Positions 1 to 12,250 of a DNA stretch of 64,000 nucleotides are shown piece by piece. This DNA comes from Octopus bimaculoides (taxonomy: Eukaryota), in contig NC_068989.1 in the NCBI RefSeq assembly GCF_001194135.2, positions 130,576 through 194,575 of the forward strand. The letters are read 5' to 3'. The notes beneath the pieces were generated by a model. That model was not told the DNA's origin. It was given only the letters and a program-made list of their open reading frames with translations, and ran no database searches. Both the position numbers and the translations under genes were made by a program. Position 1 is the first letter of the stretch; each line of letters starts with the position of its first letter.

Positions 1-320
1 CAGACACAAAGGGATACAAGACCAATACCAAAAGTAAGGATCAAGAGCAGCAGCAGAAGAGAAAACATAGGTGAGGGAATGGTCAGAGTACCACTAAGAA
101 CAACAATATGCACACACACACACACATGCACAGTTACAGATGCAGCTGCATGCACAGATAAGAAAATATATTACATGGTGAAATTAAATTGCAAAAAAAA
201 GTGATATTTTGTAAATATTGTAAATATTACATAAATAATTTAAGAGAAAACTGTTTTAGAAACCGATTGGTTATTATTGTTGATGATGTAATTTTACAAG
301 ATTTAGTAACTCTATTTCAG

Positions 321-447
321 CATTGAGATGTTTAAACTAACCTGTGATGACCTCCAAGAATGGATAAGAGAGAAAGATAATGCACTCTATGATGATGACG
401 TCGGAAAAGATCTTGAAAGCAGCAAAAATCTGAGAAGAAAACACATG
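321..447 (+). CDS. SPTBN5: betaH-spectrin exon 1 (in window)
   Basis: ttcag|...|gtaggt; IEMFKLTCDDLQEWIREKDNALYDDDVGKDLESSKNLRRKHM; 127 nt, phase 2->0. Confidence 0.93.
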
Positions 448-530
448 GTAGGTATAACATGTTAATACAAAAGCTTGATTTGATAAAAATTCTGTATTCT
501 TTAGCTGAATTGTTTCATTATTTCTTTCAG

Positions 531-595
531 AATTTTGAACGAGAACTTGTTCCTGTTGAAACAAAAATGACAAAAATGGCCTTTCTAGCTGACAC
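531..595 (+). CDS. SPTBN5: betaH-spectrin exon 2
   Basis: ttcag|...|gtaagt; NFERELVPVETKMTKMAFLAD(T); 65 nt, phase 0->2. Confidence 0.93.
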
Positions 596-1264
596 GTAAG
601 TCTTTTGCTTGAATTGGTTAATCAGATGAAAATAACAGATTTTACATAACAACAGTTAGGCATGGGAACAAAGAAATGAAAGTATAAATTTCAAATCTAT
701 CTACTTATATATTCTCTATTGTAAATAGAACTGGATGTTAACCTATGAATTATAACAAGACAAACTTGGGCCTTAGGAAATGTATTTAAGTCTAGAGCTA
801 AAAAGAAATTTTGTTTAAAATATTATACCTAAAACCATGGTAAAGTTTCTTTCATTTTATTCCTTATCTGGAGTTATTATTTTTGTAAACCCGTTTTATA
901 TTTGCCAATCATTTTAATCATATTTTTTTATAGATTCTTTTCCATCTGGTAAGGGGCATTTCATGAGAATTGTATGTCATGGTTTCTTATCACTTTCATT
1001 TAGTTTATTAGCTTCTATTCTCTGTGTGTGTGTGTATGCGTGTTTTGTAAAGATTTTAGTTCATCAAAATTAGTTTTTAGAGCCTTCTTTCATTATTTCC
1101 ATAGCTGCATGCAGTTTTCAGTCGGCTGCTTTTGGGAGTAGTTTGTATTTGCTTGTTTTATTGTCTGTTGCATCAATCAGTTTTTGTATCATTGTTGTTT
1201 CTTTGGTAGAGAAAAATTTACACTCAGATAAATCTTGAGTCCAAGTGCAGAAATACTTGTTTAA

Positions 1265-1456
1265 CCCTTTAGCATTTAAATCAACTGTATCCAGCCAAAA
1301 TATTCCACCTGGCCAGATTTAGCTTTTCACACTTAGCCTACAGTGTCACATTGCAAATAAACAGCCATATCTCCAAGCTATGAAATAATACCTAATAAAT
1401 TTAAAATGTGAATACACAAGCATTACATTTGACAGAGTAATTTAAATGCTAAAGGG
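1265..1456. mobile_element. MITE with piggyBac-like ends
   Basis: 16-bp TIRs ccctttagcatttaaa / tttaaatgctaaaggg; TTAA on the left, degenerate TAAT on the right. Confidence 0.7.
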
Positions 1457-1669
1457 TAATTTAAATGCTTATATATTTAATGTTTGAGGAAGTTGAAATG
1501 TTATTTAATCTACTGCATGTTGTGTTTCAAGAAAATACCTACAGTTTTTTCATTGGCTTTTCAGCTTTTTGGTTATTACGACAGACTCAAATGTTTATTG
1601 AAACTTTTTTTTTTGAAGAATGGCTTTAAGAATTTATAAAACATATAAGATTTATCCTTTTATTCTACT

Positions 1670-1900
1670 GGTTTCATGCACTGATTTGTGGCATTACTTG
1701 CATGGATTGGATGGTGTGACAGGGGCTGGCAAGGCCAAGTGTCACACCAGGATCAATTGTCTGTTTTGGCATGGCATCCTATGACTGGATACCCTTCCTA
1801 TTGCCAACCACTTCACAGATTCACAGAGTATAACTGGGTGTTTATTACATAGCACCACTGCTCTTTATATGGCACCAGCACAGACAGGTCCACCAAAGAA
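1670..1900 (-). mobile_element. Degenerate RTE 3' UTR copy
   Basis: Contains gcatggattggatgg and ggatacccttcctattgccaaccac, motifs shared with the young RTE tails. Confidence 0.55.
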
Positions 1901-2479
1901 CTTGTGAAGCAAAACCCCCTCAACTGGGAGGGATGAGTAGTAATGAGGGAGGTGGCTTTGTGTCAGTTGTTGAGAGATAAAATGTATAGTGGAACAGAGA
2001 TAGATGTCTTGCTGGGGTGTGAGAATAGGTGATCTGATAGAGAGGATTGGTTTGGGTGAATAAGAAAGATGGAGCGAATGACTGTAGCAAATGCTGGAGA
2101 GAAATAAAGGCGAGACTCAGGAACATGGATTGCAGTGGCTATGTTGGGACATTGAGGGTGATAGCAGCTAAGTGAAGTGTTTATGATGAAGAACAGCACA
2201 GAGGAGAGAAGGTAGGGGAAGATAATGGGAAGAAAGTAACTGGGAAAGTCAGTGGGTGTAATATGTGTTTGCTCTGCTTTCAGGTGAAAGGATGGGTGTT
2301 AGGGGATAAAATGTGAAGGGAAATGGTTGACAGGGCAGAGAGAATAGAGTGGGGGTGGGCATCAGTTCCTCACTGACAAGCATTACCAAGGTGGTAATGT
2401 CTGTTTTCTTGCTCACTAGAACTTTGGTGCTCTGATTCCAGGTTTACTTCCACACCTGGAATTTCTTTTCTAATTCTGT

Positions 2480-2990
2480 TACAGAATCTGCTATGAAAGC
2501 AAGATCATCAGTATATAAGCATTCCCAGGAGCAGCCAGTCTTGGATTATTCTGTTGTAGTCTGGAGAATAATAGGTGGATAGGAGGGGACTGATAATTAA
2601 AGCCTGATGAACATCTACCTGTACACTAAATTCATCGCTGTTCTCATGGTTAACTCTCACATTACTGGTAAAGCCGCCACACATGCCCTGTACGGCTTTT
2701 ACAAGCCATTCATCTACCCCTAGATTTGTTAAGCCCACCATATCACACAGTAGAGTTCTGTCAAAGGCTTTCTCCAACTCAATAAATGCCAAGTCCAATG
2801 GTTTGTCCTTAGCCAAATACTTCTGCAGTTGTCTTACTTTAAAGAGAGCATCAGTAGTGCTTCTCCCCAGTGTAAAGACAAACTGCATTTACTCTAATCT
2901 GATTCTCTCCCTAATTAATTGGGCTGTTGTTCTTTCCATAGCTTTCATGACCTGGTCCAGCAATTTTTTTCTACTGTAGACATCAGGCTT
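2480..2990 (-). mobile_element. RTE-clade LINE reverse transcriptase fragment
   Basis: Minus-strand ORF GRSTTDALFKVRQLQKYLAKDKPLDLAFIELEKAFDR...FSVQVDVHQ matches non-LTR RT motifs; decayed. Confidence 0.85.
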
Positions 2991-3029
2991 GAAATCTTGC
3001 GGGTAAGAGGCTGGTTGTTTACATCAAAC

Positions 3030-3390
3030 CCAGTACTCGGCTGTTATTTATTTTATCAACCTCAGACACATGAAAGGTGGTCAACTTTAGCGAAATTTGA
3101 ACTCAGAACATCAACATGGATGAAATGCCACTAAATGTTTTTTTAACTGCTATGCTAACAATTTTGCCAGCTTCCCACTTTAATAGTAATAATCCTTTCT
3201 ACTTTAGGCAGAAGGCCTGAATTTTGTGAGTGGAAGCTAGTCAATTACATCAACTTCAGTCCTCAACTGCTTCTTATTTCAATCACTCTGAAAGGAACAA
3301 AGGCAGGATTTGAACTCAGAATATGTAAAGATGGATGAAATGTCACTAAGCAGTTTGTCTGGTAATGCTAACAATTCTGCTAGTTAGTAC
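3030..3390 (-). mobile_element. Two adjacent degenerate tRNA-derived SINEs (family B)
   Basis: tttgaactcagaa (reverse B-box) and gaaatgccactaa...tgctaacaattttgccagc occur twice; the same family is at 11130, 23960, 43770 and 49540. Confidence 0.55.
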
Positions 3391-4274
3391 ACTGACTTGG
3401 AAGGATTGGAACTTAGAATGAAGAGAGATGAAACTAAATAGGTGTCAAGTGCAAGACTTCATTTTCTCAGCCATCTCCACTGATTTTCGTCTCCTATCCT
3501 TAATGTTATAGTAACTCAAATGTGTCATATATTACAGTACGTGATGCTTGTGAAAAATTGAAATGATATCAAGTGAATTAGTAAATAAGATTGCTTAAGT
3601 GTTTTGTTCACAGTATTTATTACATGAAATTCTTTTAATCTTTTACTGGTTTCTGTCATTGAACCATGGCCACCCTGGACTTCCACCTTCAATGTTTTTT
3701 TTTTTCTCTATTCACCTTGGTTGGTACTTATTTCAGTTTGGCATTTACCTGATTGATCTTATAAAGAAAAACTGCATAAACATCATTTTTAATCTGCTAT
3801 AAACATAAATGCAGACCCTGTCCTCTCATGTACACTTACCACATGCACATGTGCACGCACACACACACACAATCAACTCTAGTAGAAGATACATGTTGAA
3901 GGTTCGGTATTGTAGGACCAATCCTGGAGCCACATATTTGGAAAACAATCTTAACCCTGCAGCAGCCATGCTTGCACCTGATTGTGGAAATTCAAATATT
4001 TGCATGTCTTGTTGCCAACCCATGCCAGCATGAAAAAACACACTAATTGATGATGAGGATACCTTAATGCCAATAACAATTGTGAAGTGTGATACTTCAT
4101 TTCATTGTGATAAGTTGTGGACTTTAATTAAGGATGCAATGAAATGTGGTTTAGTATTTTAGTGTCTGAATATTTTTAGAAATAAATATATAAAAAAATA
4201 ATTAATTTGGTGAAAATTCATCTGATAACTGATAACTGTTGTGGTAATTGCATCACTTTATTATTTTAATTAAG

Positions 4275-4356
4275 TGTCCGTTCTGCATACCCTAATGAAA
4301 AGAATTATGTTGACCAAAGGCAAAAGGAAGTCGAGAAGCAGTGGAAAGCATTACAA
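4275..4356 (+). CDS. SPTBN5: betaH-spectrin exon 3
   Basis: ttaag|...|gtaagc; VRSAYPNEKNYVDQRQKEVEKQWKALQ; 82 nt, phase 2->0. Confidence 0.92.
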
Positions 4357-5257
4357 GTAAGCGAAAGACTTCATTTACTCTTACTCGATTCTTGTTTCTG
4401 TTTGCTGCTGCTATCGTCAACCAAGGCGCAAATATTGTTTTATTAACTTGCAAAAGAAAAATTCTATTAATTTAAGATTCAAACTGAAATATTTAGACAA
4501 TTCTTTTTTATTAGCTTATCTACTCCTTGGGAACGAGATGGCATTAAAATAGAATTATGTAAGAAGCTACTGAGTGAAGAAGTTCAAAAATGATATTTTT
4601 AATCCTAAACATTCACACAATTGATACGCATATTTCAAGAAGATGTTATAAGGTTGAAATGGGAATATAAATATTACAGAATTTTTTTATGGCTTGAAGT
4701 AAAAAAAGAAAAAAAAGAAATGTTGATCATGGTGGTGAAATGTTTGAACAGGAGACTTTAGCTACATCATGATTCCAACTGCCAATATTTACACTGGATT
4801 TGCTCAACTTTGGGTTGTACTTCCGATACTTTTTCACATTGATATGTATATGATTAAAATATATTTAATTTGATAAATATATTTTCCTATGTAATTTCAA
4901 AAGACTGTTGAAAGTAGTCGTTTTAGAATTTTAAATTTGTTTGTTTTTGCATCATTAATTGTTTCCAAATAAAATGTTGATGGATTAACCTATTCAAACA
5001 GAAAAGGACATGAGTTTTTCACTATGTCATCAAAATCAATCCTGCTGTACTCTCTTTTCTGTTTATAAGGCTACACCTCAGATTCACATTCTAAGCTATG
5101 AACATGCCATAAAATGTTTACCTATAACAAAATAAATAAGATTTATCATTTATTCTCTGTCTAACCAAAGGAATAATTAGGGGCTTTTGGAAATGTAATC
5201 AACTCTAGTTGTGTTAAATTTGATACTTATAGTTACTACTTTCTTTGCATATTGGAG

Positions 5258-5335
5258 GACAAAGTACAAAAAAGAAGGAAACAGCTTGATGATTCTGTTA
5301 CACAACATCAGTTTGCAGAAGATGGCAAAGATCTT
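5258..5335 (+). CDS. SPTBN5: betaH-spectrin exon 4
   Basis: ttggag| (rare GAG acceptor)...|gtaagt; DKVQKRRKQLDDSVTQHQFAEDGKDL; 78 nt, phase 0->0. Confidence 0.88.
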
Positions 5336-6169
5336 GTAAGTATTTCTTTTCTTCACTAATTAGTTATTGATTTGGTCAATATCTGCTAATCTAACACTTG
5401 GCATAAAATTTCCAGAATTTATATTAATTGGTTATATTTCTAATAGTTGTTGATTGTGTGTGTGTGTGTAATGCCCCAGATACCTCAAATTAAGCAACAG
5501 GCCTCCTATCTCTCTTTGATTTGGGCAGCCTTTTACTCTTTATGATGGTATGTATTTGGAAGATTTTGCTTAGCCTGGGCTCCATTTTCAGTAATGATAT
5601 ATTTTGGAATCGGATGCAGAACCTTCAATTCCAATTTATTTATTTATTTTAGTTCCTGGATATTGAATTTCTTGGCTTATTTGTATTCGATTATTAATCA
5701 AGGATGGTGGATAATTCCTGTCAAGGTCTATCCTTCAGTTCTTGATGTCAAATATCATAGATGTTTGTATCAGATGTTCTTGTACAAATCCTTTTGCCTA
5801 AGTTATAAGAGACATTCATTCTGGTGTGTCTCAGATGGCCTGAATTGAATCGAAGGTATTGTTTGGAGTCTGTTAGTTTATAGTAAATGTCCCATCTCTA
5901 CTTGATTGTTGATATTCTTTATATGGATGTCAAAGATGCCTGTATATGTGTATCAAGTGACAAAAACAGTACATATTTTATAACTCGAACAGTTGCAGAA
6001 ATGTTTATTAAATGTGTTATTCATTGAAATAAGCAGCTTTGCAAACCACAACCCTTTCCCATTTGCAATACAAGTTTTGAATTCCACCTTCGTAAAATGT
6101 TTTGTCTTTAGAAAAAAACCTGACCACCCCTTCCCCCATCTGTTTTATTATTGAGCTGTGTATTTTGCA

Positions 6170-6540
6170 TAGGACTGTCTTTAATCACTTGGAGAAGTGT
6201 CAGGAGCACAAATGCTTGCCATCATAAAGCACAAATCATCTTAGGAGTAAGCTTTGTAGTATAAAGTCTTGCATTGTTCCGTAGGAATATTACTTCCATC
6301 CAATGTCTTTTGCTTTTAAGGTAAGCTATCCAGCACACACTTGAGTTGCATCATGTAAATTTCTGCTGTAACTGTTTGATTTGTAATGGACAACATCAGC
6401 TGCAGTCCACCAAACACATTCTGCCACTGGATGATCCAGTGGTACTGAATCATTTAGTGACAGCCAGGGATAGCTTCTATTCCTGTTTGAGTATGAGAAC
6501 ATTTTTCATCACAAGCAAGTAAACAATTGTAAAAACAGTT
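6170..6540 (-). mobile_element. Decayed mariner transposase relic
   Basis: Minus-strand frames give ACDEK, CVWWTAADVVHY, TVTAEIY, NNARLY and PDTSPSD, degenerate forms of mariner TCDEKW/CVWW/HDNARPH/SPDLAPSD. Confidence 0.6.
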
Positions 6541-7144
6541 TGTTTTACTTTTATTTATTTGTTTTTCTCATGTAAAGAACAAAAAGATTCTGAAGTTTGT
6601 CATCTCATAATGTGGCACCCGTTTGCCTAGCCTCCATAACTGGGCCAACCAGTGCTTCTTGAATGGAATTATTGGACAAAAACTGAATATGGAGGCTCAT
6701 CATACAGAAGGGTTAGAAGACCATCTCTTGCTCAGTTGCCACAGTTTTGGCATAGTTTCTACAGTTGGTTGTCTTTCATAACACCAACTACCACTTAACT
6801 GAATCTTGTGGGTGTTGATTTTGTGGTACCAACATCAGAAAGATGGCCATGCCCTTGGCAAGATTCTTTGTGGTATATCTGCTTTATTTGCCAAACACTG
6901 TACACAATTTACTGGATGCATTTTATCAACATGGGTGAGATCACTTAAATAATTTGCTGGACGATAGAATCTCTATGACTGGGGAAGGATCGGAATAGGA
7001 GAGAGAACGAAGACATCACATGAAGTGTTGAGAGAAATTAAAAATGGAAGAAACAAATGTATATTGTGGTTATGAGAAGAGTAACAGCAGTGACAGTGTT
7101 GGGCTGGGTCTGTAATTAAGAGAAAGAGAAAGTATAGTACCAAG

Positions 7145-7268
7145 NNNNNNNNNNNNNNNNNNNNNNNNNNNNNNNNNNNNNNNNNNNNNNNNNNNNNNNN
7201 NNNNNNNNNNNNNNNNNNNNNNNNNNNNNNNNNNNNNNNNNNNNNNNNNNNNNNNNNNNNNNNNNNNN
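7145..7268. other. Assembly gap (124 N)
   Basis: N run inside purine-rich low-complexity sequence. Confidence 1.
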
Positions 7269-7961
7269 AGATACAGACAGGCAGGCAGAGAGTGCTAAGG
7301 GTGGTGGGGTGGATTATGTTGGAGAAGATCAAAGGCTATCCCATGATATGTGGATGGAGGGGTACATGAAATGGACATAAAGAGGTGGTGATTAGAAGCT
7401 AGAGAAATATGGAAAGGGTCAGGGGAAGTAAAAGATGTAGTGATTGTTGTAAAGGTGGAGGGGTACCAAAGAGATGGAGCTGTGAGGAAAGGTTCAGTGA
7501 ATGAAAGAGGGACAGAAAAATATTGTATAAGTAGTGGGGTACTGTAGATGAATGCAGTAAATGCATCCCAGTCACCATTCCTATTCCTGTTCTAGAGTTT
7601 CCTCTGCCAAGTTTTCAAGACAATGCAAGTTTTCGCTAGCACTGCATGTTAACCTTTATCATTAATTTTGTGAATTCCAGTATCTGAGGTTGATTATCAC
7701 TACTTCATCCCATGTCTAAGTCTTCTACAAGTTCCATCCTCGCTTGGCATTTTTTTTATGCAGCTTTTGTCATCCATGTACATCACATGTCTATGTACTC
7801 GTCTCTTTTGCAAACACTAACATTGTCCAATGAAGCATGTTCACAGCATTTCTTTCTAATCTTCATAGAGGCTCTGCGTTCAAGGCTCACCACATAAATA
7901 CTATATTGTACGTGTGAGTGTGTTTGTTACATTGTGAAATGTGTGATATATATCATTTCAG

Positions 7962-8089
7962 TTGGCATGGGCTGAAATTATGGAGTCAAAATTGAAATCC
8001 TCTGAAAAACCTCGTGACTATAAGACAGCTGAAAGTATGCTGCAAGAACACAAGGAGTTAGGAAAAGAAATTGAACAGAAGAAAGAAAA
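7962..8089 (+). CDS. SPTBN5: betaH-spectrin exon 5
   Basis: ttcag|...|gtaagt; LAWAEIMESKLKSSEKPRDYKTAESMLQEHKELGKEIEQKKE(K); 128 nt, phase 0->2. Confidence 0.93.
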
Positions 8090-8944
8090 GTAAGTTTAAG
8101 TTTACATTTATTGAAATGTGTTCATACGAAACAAGATCTGTGAATAAATACATATTTCATTCTAAAATATAATTCTCCTTTTGTAGATTGCTAATATCAA
8201 AAGATAAAGTGGTCTTCTGAAGATTCTCATTTTTCATTTTATTGACCAGTTTAGATATTTTTGTTAACCTGGACATGAATGTTAGCCTCTTCCAAGCTGC
8301 TCAAAAAAATCCCTATTCAGTTAGATATTTCCATCACTATTTGTAGCAGGGAAATTTATCTAGTTATCTAGGAATTGAATCTTTTTTAAAGTATCATTGC
8401 TAGACACAGTGTATTGCCAATGAAGGGAAACAAAACAGTGGACTTTTAGCTGATAGGCTAATCTTCTACAGATTAATGAAGCTGCTTATGTCATTTTAGT
8501 TCCTAATGTGGTGAATGTTAAAAATACCAACTGAGAATATGTGAAACTATCTTCAAGTTCTACTGAAAATAACCATTCCCAAATGCAATGACATTTATAT
8601 TTGGCTGAGGTAATTTTTAGTTAACATGCATATCTCTTCCAATCATATATGATTGGAAGAGGTATGTAATTTTAAACTGGTAATATAATTTAAACTATAT
8701 TGAGAGTTAATGTAATCTTAAACTGGAGATACAGGGGTTGGGGAACTATTAGAAGACTAGTAATGCTGAAATTTTTTATAATCAGGTTTATTATTTTTGT
8801 TTTGTCCTGATTATTGTCTAATATGATGATGATGATGGTGTTTTTGTATATCGTTTGAAAGTAATTGGGGAGAGTACTGTTCCATGATTAATTGCATCTA
8901 TTATATGAAAATATTAGCTTGTGGAAAGAAAATCTATAAATTGA

Positions 8945-9285
8945 ACCAGCGTCGCCTTACTGGCACTTGTGCCGGTGGTACGTGAAAAACAGCATTCAAG
9001 CGAGGGCGTTTCCAGTGCTGCTGGACTGGCTCCTGTGCAGGTGACACGTAAAAACACCATTTGAGCGTGGCCGTTGCCAGTACCGCCTGAATGGCCCTCG
9101 TGCTGGTGGCATGTAAAAGCATCCACTACACTCTCGGAGTGGTTGGCGTTAGGAAGGGCATCCAGCTGTAGAAACTCTGCCAGATCAGATTGGAGCCTGG
9201 TGCAGCCATCTGGCTCACCAGTCCTCAGTCAAATTGTCCAACCCATGCCAGCATGGAAAGTGGACGTTAAACGATGATGGTGATG
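8945..9285 (+). mobile_element. RTE LINE 3' UTR copy with (GAT)n tail
   Basis: gagtggttggcgttaggaagggcatccagctgtagaaac...ggacgttaaacgatgatg. Confidence 0.85.
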
Positions 9286-9401
9286 TTTGTCAACCAAATT
9301 TCACAAAGTTCATTGGCTCATATTTTCAATTTCTAAGAGAAAACTACTAAACTTATAGAATTAACCTTTCCAAATTTATAATTTTATTTATTTATTTTCA
9401 G

Positions 9402-9549
9402 ATTCCGTCATTTGGAGAATGTCAAACTGCCTGGAGGTCATACAGCAAAAACGGAAGAACTTTTGAAAAAACTGAAAATTAAAGAGAATAATCTCGATAA
9501 TATCTGGCAGAAGAAGCATAAAGAATTGAAGGATACCTTGAGCCTTCAG
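9402..9549 (+). CDS. SPTBN5: betaH-spectrin exon 6
   Basis: ttcag|...|gtatct; FRHLENVKLPGGHTAKTEELLKKLKIKENNLDNIWQKKHKELKDTLSLQ; 148 nt, phase 2->0. Confidence 0.9.
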
Positions 9550-10676
9550 GTATCTCCATTTGTTGTTTAGCCTCTGGTCAACTCCAGTTGAACAGATCTC
9601 TCATCAAACATATTACATTTTGTTAGAGCTATCTAGAATTACATTGCTTGATGAGGGAGATTTGGTTGTTTTTTCTAATAGATCAAGCAACCTTGTAGAC
9701 ACTCCCTTAGTGGTTCTAAGATTTTTGATGCTTAGTTTAGGTAAACTATGGTCAAGGAATCTATGATCAGACATTCTAACCAGTCTAGCTCAGACTATCC
9801 AATATGTCCTTCCATTTTTTTTAAAGATTGCGGTGTTATTGGTAAAAGATTTAACTGCCTAGAAGATCAACTGATCACATATAAGCTCTTTCATTGACTC
9901 TGCAATTCAATGAAAATTTGAGCATTAGATTTCAGAAGCTTAGGATATTGCCAAAAATATTTCCACATATTCAACAAGTATAAAATTTAGACAACATAAA
10001 ATTGTAAATAACAGCATATAAATACTGGGTTGAAAAAGCACATTAGATCTAAAATGTTGAAGGTTGCCCATGAAACAACTTTTTACTTCTTCTGTCTAAA
10101 GAGTTTTTAACCCAATATTTGCATCCTATTGTTTCTAGATTTACTTACTTCCAGATCTGCCTTTCCAAATAAGAATTACCTCACATTTTCTTGAAGTTTA
10201 TAAAAATTCTTATAACATCAACAACATAGAATTAATTTTTTTTTTAAATCCTATTGATAATAATAAGATAATACTTTATCTATAGTTATTATTTCAATTT
10301 ATAAAGAATTTATTTTCTGAATGTATTGTCAATGTGTTCAACTGATAACCTTATGGTTACCACTTGAAAACCTGATGCAGCCTTTGTGATCTTAGACAAT
10401 GATCAATGTTCTGTGAGTTAATCACATACAGCCTACTTTGTCTTGTAAGTTTGGGTAGGTCACCTAATTCGACTTATCTCAGTTTATGAAGCTGTTGGAA
10501 TAATTACAAGATCTGGGAATGTGATATATTGGCTATGCTGTTGAGAAGATTCTTCTGCTTATCACTAACACCACCACCATCTCTTGACTAAAGCATTCAC
10601 TTTAAGTTCCAATAACTCTACGAGACAAACTATTAAGGTAAAAAAAAAATAACTAATTTTTATTTTTATTTGACAG

Positions 10677-10754
10677 GGCTTCAATAAAGAAGCTGATTAT
10701 ATGGATTACTTGAACAGTGGAAATGAGTCCTTACTTGAGGTTTCTGGAAAACCA
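10677..10754 (+). CDS. SPTBN5: betaH-spectrin exon 7
   Basis: gacag|...|gtatgt; GFNKEADYMDYLNSGNESLLEVSGKP; 78 nt, phase 0->0. Confidence 0.88.
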
Positions 10755-11129
10755 GTATGTATAAATGTCTTAAAGTACTCTTTTTGTCTAAAAATATGCT
10801 CTACTTTTCAGCTTTGGCTTATTATGGTTTTCTTTCTTATGTTTTAAAAATAGGCTTGTGAAAACTTAAACAATAGAACTCCAGACAAAATACTTTTCTA
10901 CACCCAACATAGTTCTTTATTGTTCTTAGTCCAAACAAACTTGTCCCAGTCAGCTTTATCTCTTTACTGGTAATATTGATAGTATTAGCAATAGTCTTCT
11001 TTTCTTAAGCCTTGAGCTTCTGGTAGAGTCATAGGGGTGTCAGCATGACACAGCATGCCTTGAGTATGTTTAAACCTAACAGAGCCCTTTCCTCTCCAAG
11101 TATTGATCACAGCTCAATTTATTTGAACA

Positions 11130-11310
11130 AGACAGACAGAGAGATTGAAAATAATTCACCCAGTGCTGGTGTGCTGTGTAATAAACCCTAAAGGGAAGAA
11201 AGGGAAAAGTTGACTTCAGCAGGATTTAAAATCAGAGCACAGAAGTCTAGATTGAATACTGCAAGTCAGTCATTCTGTCCAACACTTTAATAACTTGGGC
11301 GCTTCACCAC
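11130..11310 (-). mobile_element. tRNA-derived SINE (family B), degenerate
   Basis: aaagttgacttcagcaggatttaaaatcagagc...attctgtccaacac similar to the other family B copies. Confidence 0.5.
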
Positions 11311-11475
11311 CATTTACCAGTTTTGCAGCAGTGAATGCAATTCAATCACTTTTTTTTGCCTTCTCTGACATGTTTCAAGAGAAATGTTTTGTTTGACATA
11401 ATTTCTATCATTCTGTGGATAGGCCATTATTTCGTTGATCTCACACGATTTCAGTTGTTATTTTTTTTTTTGTAG

Positions 11476-11615
11476 GACTCTTTGGATGATGTGGTGTGTC
11501 AAATTCGTCAAAATGAACTTTTCTGTAGCAAAATGAAGGCTGGTGATGAAAGGGTTAATGCTTTTAAACAAAAGGCAGATACATTATTGAATGAAAAACA
11601 TCCAGACTCAGAACA
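11476..11615 (+). CDS. SPTBN5: betaH-spectrin exon 8
   Basis: tgtag|...|gtaagt; DSLDDVVCQIRQNELFCSKMKAGDERVNAFKQKADTLLNEKHPDSE(H); 140 nt, phase 0->2. Confidence 0.93.
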
Positions 11616-11879
11616 GTAAGTAATACCTACAAATATCTGTTGTTTTAACTCCAAATCAGCTGTAATCAAGCAAACCTATAATCAAAAGTATCCCAGCCAT
11701 GCCCATCCTACTTATTTTGTTTTCAGACAATGCGTCTAGGACTATATTATTTAATGCGTCCTATATTTTAAAGAGAGTAAATTGTTACTTGAGGGTAATT
11801 TGGTTGTCATGATTGACCAGATTGTGATACTAGAACTGTCATTTGAAGATTTTATGTTGATTTCTACAATTATACAAAA

Positions 11880-12250
11880 TCTAGTTTTTGTAATCTTGTT
11901 GTTTTTGTTTTGTTTTGTTTTTTCTTATGGTTTGGTCTCGAAGGAGAGTCGGTGCCTGTGGCCTTCCCAGTCCTTAGAAGACTGGGAAGACCGGTGTCAT
12001 TGCTATTCTTCTTGAATTGTAAGTTGACAGTTGTAGGAAAAACATGTGCAGAGATAGAATTCCTGAAGCGTGATGTTTCTGATGATGAACCAAGACTGAG
12101 CAGAGTGCTTCGTGTGGAGGCCTGAGTAGTTGGATACAACATGAGATCAACAGGCACCGTGGAACAGATGCTAGTATAGTGTCTCTCTCTGCCATACGTT
12201 ACAGTGGAATGGAGAATGGGAAACAATTCCATGCCAATCAGTCAAATGGC
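11880..12250 (-). mobile_element. LINE 3' end (CR1/L2/jockey-like) with A-rich tail
   Basis: Minus ORF SRFRNSISAHVFPTTVNL resembles the C-terminal FRNSFFPxTV motif; it is followed by a 3' stem-loop and an (AAAAC)n-like tail. Confidence 0.5.

Noticed and set aside
10735-10745. Alternative donor GAG|GTTTCT for exon 7
   Set aside because: The downstream donor gives 78 nt, matching paralogous exon 37 and the linker length.
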